Below are positions 63,480-64,000 of a DNA stretch of 64,000 nt, in pieces. The stretch covers positions 1,984,001 through 2,048,000 of the forward strand of contig JAUFOQ010000001.1 of assembly GCA_040285855.1 (NCBI GenBank). Reading direction: 5' to 3'. The notes under the pieces are model-generated. The model saw nothing but the letters and a program-made list of their open reading frames with translations. It made no database searches and was not told the DNA's origin. The DNA comes from Eukaryota sp. GEM-RC1 (taxonomy: Eukaryota). Made by a program: the position numbers and the translations under genes. Each line of letters starts with the position of its first letter. Positions within the stretch are counted from its first letter, which is position 1.

Positions 63480-64000
63480 ACACGTCATCATTGATCACGT
63501 GATATTATGGACAATGGAAGTAGAAAATGATGAGTACACATAATACACATGTAATAGAGTAAATAATCCAAGGCTAAGGAGGATACCTGGATTAAGAAGA
63601 ATACCTATCATTTACAGAAACATATGTTAGATAAGCGACGAGTAAAGATAGAGGAGTAGAGACATCAAGAAACAAGGATGAAGTGATCACGAGAGACGAG
63701 TGATTTATGGTCCACGCACGGATACAAATACAGATGAAGGAATGAAGATCAAATGAGAGTAGAAGGCGAGGTCACACGGCGTAAAGACGGGGTCAAGTGT
63801 TGAAGTTCATACATGATGGAGGAACAAGATGTTCGTCCAACATCAACGTTTGCTCTCTAGTCCTTCTTTCTGTCTACCTCCTGAGTCTTCTCAGTTCTGT
63901 AATCTTCGTTTATCTTCCGTTATCATCGCTGTGTTGCTCGTTTTCTCATTTTCCGATGTTTCTTCTCTGGTTTGATTCGTTCTTTCCCTTTACGTTCCGA
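63480..64000 (-). repeat. Repeat family U, inverted copy running off the window end
   Basis: Reverse complement of about 12110-12650. Confidence 0.8.

Overview
This is AT-rich eukaryotic DNA, not prokaryotic: it has GT-AG introns of 30-31 nt, eukaryotic transposon superfamilies and chaperonin CCT3 fragments. The tiny introns and 'EALKVN'-type LRRs suggest a microbial eukaryote, possibly a metamonad-like protist (inference only). The window is mostly decayed transposons plus a patchwork of diverged segmental duplications, many inverted. Mobile elements: at least six hAT elements/MITEs with both TIRs and TSDs plus several hAT remnants; a frameshifted pogo/Tigger transposase; a decayed Ty3/gypsy element with a large insert between RNase H and integrase; one intact Mutator (MULE) ORF plus MULE/FAR1 remnants; and a 5'-truncated CRE-like non-LTR element with an 11-bp TSD whose empty site is visible in the paralogous block. 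Three host genes look intact, and all three need splicing that the ORF track misses: two paralogous secreted 10-Cys saposin-like peptide genes (95 aa, 31-nt intron) and a bacterial-type class I SAM methyltransferase (190 aa) with a 30-nt spliceosomal intron. Decayed host genes include a RING-kinase-TM gene head-to-head with an LRR gene, four CCT3 fragments and P-loop NTPase fragments. No rRNA, tRNA or CRISPR array was recognised. All family assignments come from motif recognition by eye, without database searches, and repeat boundaries are approximate.
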